In this document: one piece after another, positions 36,800 through 57,787 of the stretch | How the letters are laid out: every line of letters starts with the position of its first letter | How positions within the stretch are numbered: position 1 is the first letter of the stretch | Assembly (NCBI GenBank): GCA_020137815.1 | Contig: CM035357.1 | Location: 4,216,001-4,280,000, forward strand | Source: Hormiphora californensis | Lineage: Eukaryota > Animalia > Ctenophora | Direction of reading: 5' to 3' | DNA length: 64,000 bases | Program-made: the position numbers and the translations under genes | The notes under the pieces: generated by a model | What the model was told of the DNA's origin: nothing | Database searches by the model: none | Seen by the model: only the letters and a program-made list of their open reading frames with translations

Positions 36800-38407
36800 T
36801 CAGTTGTTCGATCGGAGCTCTATCGTTAATGTACTGAACTTTTTTTCATATGACTTGTAGAAGTTACGAAGTGAAGTAGTCGGAGTGTCTCGATTTTCGC
36901 ATGAGGTTAAATGTAAATTTATCGTATCATTCATTCGCTTATTATATGTATAAAATCGAACAATAACATTTTGTAGTAGTTCGGGGTCTTGGTGAAAATG
37001 AACGTCTGCATTATCTGCTTCTGTAAGTTCTCGATCAGTTACCAACTTAAGAGTAACAATAGGGAAAGAAATCTTATTTTTCAGAGCCACCGAAACTTTT
37101 ACAGCAACTTGACATTGTTTTCGTCTATCATTTTCATGACAACAAACGTTATTCAGCTTGAAAAACACAATTTTAGAGTGTGTTACTGGGAATCTCATCA
37201 TGCCTTCACATACAATACCACTGTATTCCGAATAATGTACAGTCTCCTGCTTCCCCTTCATGTACTGTTCCAAAAAGTTATGTATTGCAATAGAACAACG
37301 AAATCCTTCATCATAACGGTTAAACTGCTCGATAAACCTAGTTGCGAGCCCAAATAGCCCACGGCTAGTTTTCCGACGTCGCTTCTCCAATATTTTTGTA
37401 AATGTATCAACAAAGTCTGGTATTTCATCATACACGTCGCAGCAGTACATCAGTGAGTCAACAAACTGTAGGTATGAAACAATCTTCGGATGTTCATCAA
37501 TAACTTTGACAGCCTCTAGAAACGATTTACACCCTCCAAGAGCTGGTATTTCAATTGGGTATACAATCTCCTGAGCACTGTCCTGGGAACTACTAGCGGG
37601 ACTGGAAGGTATCATTTGAAGCTGGAGAAATGTTGCAAACAACGATGCGAGGTCTTCGTTAGCGACATACAGTTGCAGAGTTTTAACAACCTTTTGGTAC
37701 ACTTCGGGATCCTCTTGGAGACACATTTCTAGTGGCTGTGGAGCTAGGAACTTTTTCTCCACATCACTAAGCTTCACAGGAGGAGTCTTGCCCTCGACCG
37801 TTGCAATAAGCCAGTTGTAGAGAACAGGAGTTGACTTTCCAGCCACAGATAAACATAGGCTTGTGTACACGAACTCTTGTTCATTTGGATCACGTAACAG
37901 GAAATCCTCAATCAAAGCCACTCGGAGATCAGGCAATTCCATCAGCCTGCTGTTCAGGGGATCCTGGAGGTCTCTACAGTTCCTCTCCTTGAGGATATAC
38001 CCAGCCTCCTCAAACAAATACCATGCCTCCTCTAGAGATTCTGAGGTCAGCTTAGTACAAAGCCTGGTGTAGAACTTGAGACATTCTTTAACCATCCATT
38101 TCACTTTGAACACCACGCTCAGTTTGTTAACCTCCCGGAAGTTTTCCTTGGAGAGAATTATACTGCCTGAGTAGCAGGACTCAACAAAGAATAAAACTGA
38201 GGAGTGGGAAAACTCCTCCACATCTAGTTCTTTCATTTCCTGGCAACCAACCAAATCACGCAGAACCGGGCTGTTCATCACCATCGGAAAAGAACTTGCC
38301 CGCACAACTTCACCGCCACTGCACATAAGTTGGAGATCGTTGATGCCCTTAAACTCCAAGTTTTCCTTACCAAAGTTCATGGGGACTGTACATGTTTGGA
38401 TCTCCAT
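36800..38407 (-). CDS. Intronless BTB/POZ-domain protein
   Basis: 535-aa ORF; N-terminal DLQLMCSGGEVVRASSFPMVMNSPVL..FVESCYSG..ENFREVNKLSVVFKVKWMVKEC fits a BTB fold. Confidence 0.85.
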   Translation of the reverse strand: MEIQTCTVPMNFGKENLEFKGINDLQLMCSGGEVVRASSFPMVMNSPVLRDLVGCQEMKELDVEEFSHSSVLFFVESCYSGSIILSKENFREVNKLSVVFKVKWMVKECLKFYTRLCTKLTSESLEEAWYLFEEAGYILKERNCRDLQDPLNSRLMELPDLRVALIEDFLLRDPNEQEFVYTSLCLSVAGKSTPVLYNWLIATVEGKTPPVKLSDVEKKFLAPQPLEMCLQEDPEVYQKVVKTLQLYVANEDLASLFATFLQLQMIPSSPASSSQDSAQEIVYPIEIPALGGCKSFLEAVKVIDEHPKIVSYLQFVDSLMYCCDVYDEIPDFVDTFTKILEKRRRKTSRGLFGLATRFIEQFNRYDEGFRCSIAIHNFLEQYMKGKQETVHYSEYSGIVCEGMMRFPVTHSKIVFFKLNNVCCHENDRRKQCQVAVKVSVALKNKISFPIVTLKLVTDRELTEADNADVHFHQDPELLQNVIVRFYTYNKRMNDTINLHLTSCENRDTPTTSLRNFYKSYEKKFSTLTIELRSNN

Positions 38408-39245
38408 TTGTTACTGTTTCTAGTGAGAAAATAAAAGTGGATTAGTTATTAGACCAAACCCGACACTAATGGACCAGCTCTTTCTAGGTCAATGAAGTTC
38501 CGGTCTAAGTCTAATATTTTTGGTAGTGCACACCTAGTTGGCATAGGACTCCCTTCTGCGGGAATCATGTGCGTCAGCCGTCAAGACTCAAGGTACTTTA
38601 ACACACAGTACACACACACACCACACGACGACAGTCGACAAGTCACTTTACATACTCACTGAGTATTACTCAGCACAATTATTATCTATGGTGATAACTG
38701 ATAAGTCACAACTTAATTAGGGACCCATATGTGCTACGGTCCCCTCGTCTCGTAAGTGTTTAGTGTACCCACTATCCCCACAACGAGCAGAGCAGGAGGG
38801 AATTCAAAACTGGGAAAGCCACCGTGAGAAAATCAGTCGATATTCGTGTCTGAACTCTGATCTGTGACAAGGCAGCGCTTCAATTGGGATATGCTACATA
38901 CCCCTCTGATGCAGTAGGATAACCGATAAGACAGCGCTTTTCAGCCTTTTTTAATTTCGGCGATGTTTGATCGTTTCGCAAACATTTAAAAAAAAACATT
39001 TTTAAATTTTATTTTGAAACGAAAATTCACTAACCCCAACACCGATTGGCATCACTTTCCAACAGCCGAAGAGAAACGGTTTTAATTTTGGAAAGCGCGC
39101 GAGCAAAACGCAAACATTTTTTACGCTGCATTGCGTAAATGCGCGTCGCGTCGTAAACCACGCGCGCGTTTTCGCCGTTTTTTTCCGGTTCGGGCACCCA
39201 CAATTTTTTTCTGAAATCTAAAAACTTGGTTTGCATTGGGCGCGA

Positions 39246-40013
39246 TTATAATCTGGGTGCCTTGCAGCCTGTTTACAGGTGCGCGCTACCAAAAGAGTAC
39301 ACTTAGACCGACTTTTTTCAAACGGCTATAGCCACGCAACCACATGGCCGATTTGTGTAAACTAAACGGTATCAGTTAGAGAATTTTGTGTTCTCTTGTG
39401 AGATGACCATTTTTTTAATTAACTTATTTAACTTAACTTATTTGTGTTTTGTGTATGTCTTTATTTTTTGGGTGTTGGGGTATAAGTGTGAGTGTGAGTG
39501 TGAGTTTGAGTGTGAGTTCTGTGTGGGTGTGTGTGTGTGTGTGTGTGTGAGTGTGTGTGTATGTGTGGTGGTGTTTTGTAACTACCGTATTTTTAACTAA
39601 CTTAAATTCGCCTTTTTCTTTTCGAATTTAGTAATTTATTAAACCTGGTTAAATCTATCTGTCCGTTTAGCTCTCAGCTCATTGTTACCCGTCTCATTGG
39701 TTCGTCTGTGTGTGTTTGTCCCGCTTTAGGTAACTGCTGTTGTGCTATTAGCCTCGGCCTAGAAGCGTATATTAATGTACTTAATTTTTAACTATATTTT
39801 ATACGTATAGTGTAAGAGCGGGAGAGTCATATATTTTCTTATATTGACTTGATATAAATTGTGAAGTTCATATTCATATTCATATTCATAGAATCGATAG
39901 CCCTAACCGATAACCCCAAACCAAACCCTAACCAGACCCTAACGGATAGCCCTAACCCGTCGCGCGCGCCCAAAACTACGAATTGTTAGCAATGAAAGGC
40001 ACCCAGATTTTAA
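39246..40013. mobile_element. ~770-bp non-autonomous element with ~20-bp TIRs and internal degenerate CCCTAA repeats
   Basis: TTATAATCTGGGTGCCTTGCA / TGAAAGGCACCCAGATTTTAA; telomere-like units at 39901-39958; (GT)n at ~39485-39570. Confidence 0.55.
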
Positions 40014-40304
40014 CGTTTTCCGTTTGCATTTTGCCTGGCATTTTCCAATCAGTAACTGATTATCAGTTAGGCGTTAGTCGTAGAGAACTGAGAAACGCAG
40101 AGGGCCGGGGAAGTGTCTTCAAGCGATTTTTTTGTTTTTAGTGAGCTCAAAGGATTTTAAGTACTTTTTTCTCAACTAATTCTGGTGGTCGAGCAGTGCC
40201 AAATTGAAAAACTTGTATCATGACTCAAGAGTGAAGATTTTTACCATTTTGAATAGATTTCATAGTTTTAGTTTAATATTATTTTATTAAAGTAATACAA
40301 ATGT

Positions 40305-43300
40305 TTACTCGTCAGCAACATCTGCTATCTCTAAATCTCGGGTTTCCTTAGTAAACAGGGCTGCACCCACAAACGACATTAAACTTGCCACCACATACAT
40401 TGTCACTACCAGATAGGGACTCACATAGAATAGTGCATAAACCCCAATAACTCCAACCACCCCTCCGATTTTACCCCAAAAGTTCACAAACCCGGAGGCT
40501 GTTGTTCGGACGGACGTGGGGTAGTTCTCTAGTATTATAATCCAAACGAGAATGTTCAGCCCGGACGCTGCAAACTTTATAACGAACAACAGAATGAAGG
40601 TAACAGTTTGACTGTAGCACTTGTAAAGCAGGAGACAGGAGAGTAGGTTGGCGGCCGCGAAAACTCTTAACATCGGAACTCTACCGGTGATGTGTGACAA
40701 TCCATGGGCCGTTAGGAGGCCCTTAATTGTTGCAGATATTACAATTGCAGTCTTTAGAAGGGATTGTTGGGAGAGTTTTTTACATTTGTGTTCGGGAACA
40801 GCACCATCTCCCCCACAAAACTCAGAATTGAAGGCCATCGGTAGGAACAAGATGAGAGAAAGGAAAATTAGAATGTTTCCAAAGTATATCACTGATAGCA
40901 GGATCGTTTCCTTTAGATATTTAGGGGAAAACAGGACTCCTAAATCTCCCAGATCCTCTCCCTCAAAACATTTCACCTCCAAACCCTCATCCAGCTCTAC
41001 TCCGTTTAGTTTCGCCATGAACTGGACTGCCTCCTTTGCTTTTTCTGTCTGCCCACTGGTTACAAGGTATCTGGGAGACTCTGGGACGAACTGGAGTGAT
41101 ATGATTGCCGGGATAAGGGGAAGGGAGACGAGAATTATAAACCACCTCCATCCAACAGCGTTCAGTAGAAAGTAGCCAAGTAGTGCAGTTATAAACATGC
41201 CAACCTTAGAAACCAGGATTATCAGGGAGACTCCGATAGAGCGGTAATCGTCCTCAACTACCTGAGGGGGATTGATTTGATTTGTTAAGAGTGGTTGCCA
41301 TGGCCGTTAACCCCTTTGACCCTTTGCCATGCACGTCGTGCATTGCACGAGGGCCATCTCTTAGTGATACCAGCACCGCATCATGTCGAGAGTGCTTGTG
41401 GTAGTGCAATAGTGTAGTAGTGTAGTAGTATGCAAACGATTACTAGTAGGACACTCAATTCTCTTCAACAATCAATTATTACTTTGTCTACCGAACCGGA
41501 ACCCTCACAGAGCACTGTGTGAGCCACACACAATCTGAGAAGATATATCAGGCTGGGAACGATTCTGAATGATTTGGGGGGGGGGGATGATTTGACTTTC
41601 TCACTACAAGAGGAGTGTGTACTGTGTGTACAAGGTCCCCCCCCCCCTTTCTTTCTCTCCCTCATGCGGTGACGTTTCTCTAGGGATGGGTAAAAGAGGG
41701 TACATCGTACTAAATTGTGGGGCGTGATTTTGTGTTCTTGTGGGTGCGAAGTTGGCATAAATGATTTACATCTCTCTCGCTCTTTCTCTCGCTCTTTCTC
41801 TCGCTCCCCTCTATTTTTTGTTCAAAATTCATTGATGTTTTCAAAATTCATTAATCTGGAATCAATTCAAAATTGACAAAAAATACAAACTCTCAATTAC
41901 CTCAGTGGCATAACTAACAATAACACCAAAGTTAGCACCAATACAGGCTCCAGGTCACACTTCTAGCTACAAGGAACTGCCATTTGTTCTGAGCCAGTGC
42001 CGATCCAACTGCCGTGAATAGTAGGAGAACCAGGGTCACTGTTAACACTGATTTCCTACCGGATTTATCAGCCACCTTACCGAACACGACACTGCCTGGA
42101 AAGAGGGGAATCACATTGAAAAGCGCTACCTTATCCCTATCGGGGCCAGCACGGGGGGGGGATCACCCTAACTGTATCAAACATCCATGCCCCTAAATGC
42201 CCCTAACTGTCCCAGATGGAAAATACCACCCCACCCCCCTTGATTATGACAGTTAGGGTCCTCCTCTAACTGTCTCAAATCCCAAATTTTGGGACCCATC
42301 CCCCTATTTTCCGAAAAATTCCACATTTTTGACGCTATTCTCGCACACTTATTTTTGAAATATATTAGAATTGGGTCAGGCCAATGCTCTGACAGCTCCC
42401 ACCATTGTCAAATCAATAATTATACAATTTCTAGTACACCACTGTCCTCCTGCACAGTTTTAGTGAACTCAGGACCCGTCGATGTCACCGGCCCACTTTT
42501 ATTCTCACAACCCTACTTAATTACTAATTAGTTATCAGAAAATTACCAATAATTTATCAGTAAGTTACTAATTAGCGGGGAAGTAATTTTGATATCTCCT
42601 TCTGGTGATCAACACACACACACACGCCCTCTGTACAACAGTTTAAGTCCCTGGTTCAATTCCCGGTCAAACCCAGTATTTTTCGATTTTCTTCCCTATT
42701 TAATTCTTAGTAATTCTGAACTCATTATTCAGAATTACTAATTAGCTGTTAATTATTACTAACTAATTACTTACTGAATCAATAAGTTGACCAATCGGCT
42801 GTTTTTGAGTCGCATAGTTTTGATACAATGAAATAGTGTTTATTTAGGACTGTAGACTGTTTCAAACTTTTCAACACTACTTTAAACAAATTAATTTGAG
42901 CTGATGATGACGTTAAACGTCGAAACCGTCCCGTATTATCTTTCCTGAAATAAATCTCCGAGTCGTCTACAGTCCTAAATAAACACTATTTCATTGTAAT
43001 TACTTACTGATTCCATAGAATACGAATACAGCTGCTGCAATTCAGTCCTTCAAAAAACAGGCGACAGTTCCCACTCGCACTTCAAATATGGAATAACTAG
43101 CGATATCAGTACCTGTGTGAGATATTAATTAATATTAACATTAGCATTAACTGATGTTAATTGATATAAACATTAACATTAACATTAACATTAACATTAA
43201 CATTAACATTAACATTAACATTAACATTAACATTAACATTAACATTAACATTAACATTAACATTAACATTAACATTAACATTAGCATTAACATTAACATT

Positions 43301-43523
43301 AACATTAACATCAACTATTGACTAGTCACTAGAGGTATAGCACACATTATACCTGTTCGACTGTATCCATGATTGATATCAGAGAGAGTATAGTCCAGAA
43401 AATGATCTGGGCCCATCCAAAACCAATAATCCTGTAAACATCATTTAGATAAGTCTTACTACCAGCAACAGTGGTGGTTGGGTTATCAGCAACATTAGTT
43501 GAACCATATTCAGGAGCAGCCAT
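40305..43523 (-). CDS. Major facilitator superfamily transporter, SV2/SVOP-like (three apparent +1 frameshifts)
   Basis: Exons 43523-43353, ~43112-43008, ~42095-41901, ~41261-40305; IGFGWAQ, LKCEWELS, GKVADKSGRK (MFS motif A), GWRW, VPESPRYL, ENYPTSVRTTASG. Confidence 0.85.
42150..42395 (-). mobile_element. Longer member of the CTGTCAGAGCATTGGCCTGAC family
   Basis: Ends in GTCAGGCCAATGCTCTGACAG; subterminal sequence is similar to 28260-28295. A noisy copy lies at ~23560-23797. Confidence 0.6.
42824..42998. mobile_element. Inverted-repeat insertion carrying a hammerhead-ribozyme-like core (Penelope-like remnant?)
   Basis: 34-bp perfect inverted repeat TACAATGAAATAGTGTTTATTTAGGACTGTAGAC; internal CTGATGA-T-GACGT-TAA-ACGTC-GAAAC-C-GTC at 42901-42930. 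Confidence 0.55.
43168..43312. repeat. (AACATT)n hexamer microsatellite in intron
   Basis: Directly visible. Confidence 0.95.
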
Positions 43524-43956
43524 CTAGCAACAACAATAGTATATACCAGTCAGGTATTACACACTTGATAAAAAGTCTCCACCCGGCTACAGGTTGCTAT
43601 GGTAACTTCACTGTTTCAGATTCCACAATCACGAGGCAGTGTATCTTGAAATCTTCCATACCAGTTTTAGCGCCCATCTTCCATCCCATCTTTCTATCCC
43701 ATCTTTACTTCCTTCTCGGCAATCACTAATACCCTGGCTCTCTGGATATTTGTTTAGCGCTATCCTTTCGTACGAGTTGTAGTTTTAGGAGATCTTGTTT
43801 GTTTTGTTAATCTTAGCACTGTTTATTTGAGTCGCCTGACACTGTGTTCGTTCAACTGTTTATAGCGTGTCCCACCCACTTACTAAAAACAATGTTTATA
43901 GCGTGTCCCACCCACTTACTAAAAACATTGTTTATAGCTTGTTCCTGGTTCCAGAT

Positions 43957-44639
43957 ATGGTCCTGGTTGGTGTTTCTGATGAATTATGGCGACTTTACGG
44001 ATTCTACGCCTCCGTGATGGCCTTCAAACTAGCCACCATGTTTACTCTAACTGCCTACCAGCGACTCACTAAGAAGGTAAGGGAGGCTGGGAGGGAGTGA
44101 TATATACCGTGTAGTCATTTGGTAGAAACCTTACGGTCGTGTTTGGATCGGCATGGCACCCCCTGTCATCTGTGGAGATCCCTGACCCTTCCCCGATCCA
44201 AACTAAGTATACAAATATGAAGAAACTGTGTTTACCAACCCTAACTAACTAATCAACTCTAACTATTTAACTCTAACTAACTAACCCTCTCTTGACCCTA
44301 ACTAACTAAATAACCCTCACTTAATTCCAGGTGTTTACTAATCCTGAGGATGCTGCAAGTCTCGGTGGAAATGTGGACCGTAACAACGAGTCTGTAGAGC
44401 GAACCAGGAGAGCACATCTCAATGATATGGAGAACATTATCCCTTTCCTGGTCCTGGCCCTCCTGTACATCACCACTGGACCTAGTTACACCGTGGCTGT
44501 CTGGCATTTTAGGGTGTTTGCTGCAGCTCGGTTCATTCACACTGTCTGCTACCTAAACGCCCTACCTCGATCTGCCTTCATATTTGGGGTGCTTGTTAAT
44601 GTTTCCATGGGCGTTCAGAGTATAATGCATTTCATGTAA
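43957..44639 (+). CDS. MGST1: Microsomal glutathione S-transferase 1 / PTGES-like (MAPEG), 142 aa
   Basis: Exons 43957-44076 and 44331-44639; FTNPED, VERTRRAHLNDMENIIPF, HFRVFAAARFIHTVCYL. Confidence 0.92.
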
Positions 44640-45801
44640 ATGGTAACCAGTGGTAACCAATGGTAACCAGTGAAAAATGGTAATCAGTAGTAACTGCAGC
44701 AGTGGTTACTATGTAGTAGTAACCAGTGGTAACCAGCAGTAATTATCATGGTGGGCTTTCATCATTTTCATCATCATAACGACATAACTTGGACATTTTT
44801 AATTACACCTTCAACGGCCCCCCCCCCCCTTCAACTAATTCAGCAGTTTTAAATTCAGCAGTTTTAAATTCAGCAGTTTTTAAAAGCAGGATAATTGTGT
44901 ACTATACATTCCTTTATATTCAACATTTCCTTGTAAGCCCCTTTGTAATATTGTATCTTATCTCGGGTGTCCCATTTCTAAAAGGGGCTCTTCTTTCCGG
45001 CACCCTTTTCTGGGGGGTTGGGGGCGGGGGGGAAAAAAAAAAAAAAGGAGAAGGGGAGAAAGGGGGGGAAAGGGGGAAGGGAGAGGGGAAAAAGGGGAAA
45101 AAAAAAAACTAAAAAAAGGGGGGGGGGAAAAAAAAAAGGGAAAAAAAATTTTTTCCCCCCCGGGGGAAAAATCTCCCCTTTCCTCTCCCTCCTCTTTTCC
45201 CCTTTTCTCTCTTCTTCTCCCGCCCGGCCCCCTTTTTCTTTTTTTCCCAAAAACAAGGGTTTGCAATTTTTTGTAAAATCACAAAAGGGGGTTATTGGGT
45301 TTTAAAATTTAATAGGGAGACTTCTGGAATTTGGTTAATTGCTCCACAAACCACCCCCATTGGGGGACGATGCCCAATTTTTTAATCTCAGTTTTAAAGA
45401 TTAAAGTAAAAATTTAATAGGAATACTGAGAATTTATTGGTATTAAACCAATTTGAACCATTTTTTGTGGGCTTATTTTTTTTAATTTTATTTTTGGCAC
45501 CTTTTTAAAAACCCTTTTTACGCCCCTTAACTAATGCCCATTTTTTCCAACAGGTTTTAATTGGGTTTTTCCCCTCTTTTTTACTCTTCTTCTTCAATTT
45601 CTTGTCCCCTTTTTTTTTGTTCATCTCCCCCAAAATGGGGAGGAAAGGTTTTGGAAAGGGGAAGTAAAAGCTGGAAGGGAAACCATTTTAAAAAAAAAAG
45701 TTTAAGTTTAAGAAAAAAAGGTTTAAAAAAAAAGGGGGAAAAGGGCTTTTAGCGGGGGAAATTTTTAAGATTTTAAATTTTTTGGCTTTTAACTTTCCCC
45801 T

Positions 45802-45837
<36 letters not shown>

Positions 45838-45920
45838 CTCACCCCCCCCTGTTGCTAAAAGGCCACCAAAAAATATTGTAAAAAAAAAACTTTTTGATAT
45901 ACAAAGGATTTTTTAGTCGA

Positions 45921-56065
<10,145 letters not shown>

Positions 56066-56227
56066 TACATATTATACATTGAGTGTGGGTATTTGTTAGC
56101 ATGTGATTTTGTGTGAGTGTTTCTGAATAATAATATACCGTGTAGTTTGGTAACAGTAACCCGGGCTCCAGTGACCAGCTCCCTTGCCAGCGCGCGAGGG
56201 GTTATTTTGAAACCAACTGTGTAACAT

Positions 56228-56296
56228 CTTTCTGGCGACGCCGACCCGTTCTGAGCGCACTGTCGAATCAAAACGGGGTCTGGCGGCGCCAGAAAG
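56228..56296. mobile_element. 69-bp CT(G/T)TCTGGCG micro-element
   Basis: TGTAACAT|CTTTCTGGCG...CGCCAGAAAG|TGTAGCAT. Confidence 0.7.
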
Positions 56297-56440
56297 TGTA
56301 GCATCAAGAGGACAAGAGTTGTTGTGTAGTATCAAGAGTTGTTGTTACTCAACAAATCAAGAGGTTGATAACAGCTTGTGCAGACCCCACCAGCTGTTGA
56401 ATATCCTACTGGTGGAGTCCATGTAGCCTCCAGGCCAGTA

Positions 56441-56541
56441 CAGTCGGACCCCGATTTACCGGGCAAACCTTGTTGAGTGAGGGGTGCAAGGAAAGGGAAA
56501 CCCTTTTCCCCTGAGCAACTCGGTAAATCGGGGTCCGACTG
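56441..56541. mobile_element. Tc1/mariner-like MITE
   Basis: TIR CAGTCGGACCCCGATTTACCG with TA on both sides. Confidence 0.85.
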
Positions 56542-57096
56542 TATCAAGCGATGAACTATGAAGTTGAAATATGAACTATATCGTGAAAAGAGCCACTGTA
56601 TACACTGTCTAGTACAATGAACTGTTTAATTCATTAAGTTAATTAATTATCGATATTGTGTGAAGAATTTTTATCTCGTATGTGTGTGTTACATGTGGCA
56701 ATCACCTCGTTGTTTTCAATTCCGAAATCAAGCTTGTTTCAATTTGACTGTGAGGGTCAAAAAGGAGCCCGGTGAATCAATGATTGGCGCCGAGATTAAC
56801 GTTGGTAGCTGCCAACGACGTCGGAGAAGGGGATTGCACAATGTGCGGAGCTAAAAAGCACATTCTCGGCGTGAATCTAGTTATTTACCGTGTTTTTACA
56901 AAAAAGTTCACTCAAATTCAGCTGCTTTGGAATGAAAAATGCACGGCTTTTGTGAAAACGCGGCAAATACCTGGATTAGACTTAGCCAGCTGTCAATCAA
57001 GAATTCACCGGGCTAATTTTGATGGCGGCCGGATTGGGCACCGGCACGTTGTGGCCCCTGTTCCGGTTCGAGGCCATAGAATTTCTATTAGAAACA

Positions 57097-57119
57097 CTGT
57101 CAGGCCAATGCTCTGACAG
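57097..57119 (-). mobile_element. 23-bp micro-element with perfect 8-bp TSD
   Basis: TAGAAACA|CTGTCAGGCCAATGCTCTGACAG|TAGAAACA. Confidence 0.85.
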
Positions 57120-57211
57120 TAGAAACATGCACATGCCCCTAATTCATTCACCGTCGCGGCACCTGTTCCGGTTCGCGCCGGACCCAGGACGGTAAATAAT
57201 TTAGGGGCAGA

Positions 57212-57296
57212 CTGTCTGGCGCCGCGACCCATCTGAGCGCACTGTCGCACGCTCAGATTAGAGAGAATCAAATTGGGGTCTGGCGCCGCCAGACAG
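57212..57296. mobile_element. 85-bp CTGTC...GACAG micro-element
   Basis: Perfect TSD GGGGCAGA (57204-57211, 57297-57304). Confidence 0.85.
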
Positions 57297-57322
57297 GGGG
57301 CAGACGTGTTTTTCCGCGGACA

Positions 57323-57423
57323 GAGTTCACTGTCCCCCTCTCCATTTAACCCTCATTGTCACAAATTGTGACAGTGTGACACTGACAATGGGGGGGTTGA
57401 TTGAGGAGGGGGACAGTGAACTC
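57323..57423. mobile_element. Hairpin MITE
   Basis: GAGTTCACTGTCCCCCTC...GAGGGGGACAGTGAACTC inverted arms. Confidence 0.65.
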
Positions 57424-57506
57424 GTACAATGATTGTGATGCTTCACCGTTCATCAGATCGGGGAGACCTGCTGGTCACTTTCTGACGTCACCGACCCAAT
57501 CTAAGC

Positions 57507-57577
57507 CTGTATGGCGGCGCCATACCCCATTTGATTCTCAACGACAGTGCGCTCAGATGGGTCGCGGCGCCAGACAG
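57507..57577. mobile_element. 71-bp CTGT...GACAG micro-element nested in an older copy of its own family
   Basis: TSD ATCTAAGC / ATCTGAGC; the flanks rejoin to GACCCAATCTGAGCGCAC, the family's internal sequence. Confidence 0.75.
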
Positions 57578-57787
57578 ATCTGAGCGCACCGTTTTGAGAC
57601 TCTCAACGAGAGTATGTAATTGAAAAGTGAAAACGCATTAATTCAAAATCAAATTAGAAATGTATTTATAATTATTGGCATGGGGTGTCAGTTGTTCAAT
57701 ATCGGATTCATACAAGTTGAAAGACTACCTATTTAGCTCTATAATTATAATAACCTCAGATTTCAGGGTGACAGCGCTCAGTGTGAT

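Noticed and set aside
44958-45780. Lys/Gly- and Phe/Pro-rich ORFs and G-quadruplex-like runs
   Set aside because: Homopolymer-inflated low-quality sequence, probably a garbled GA/CT microsatellite region.
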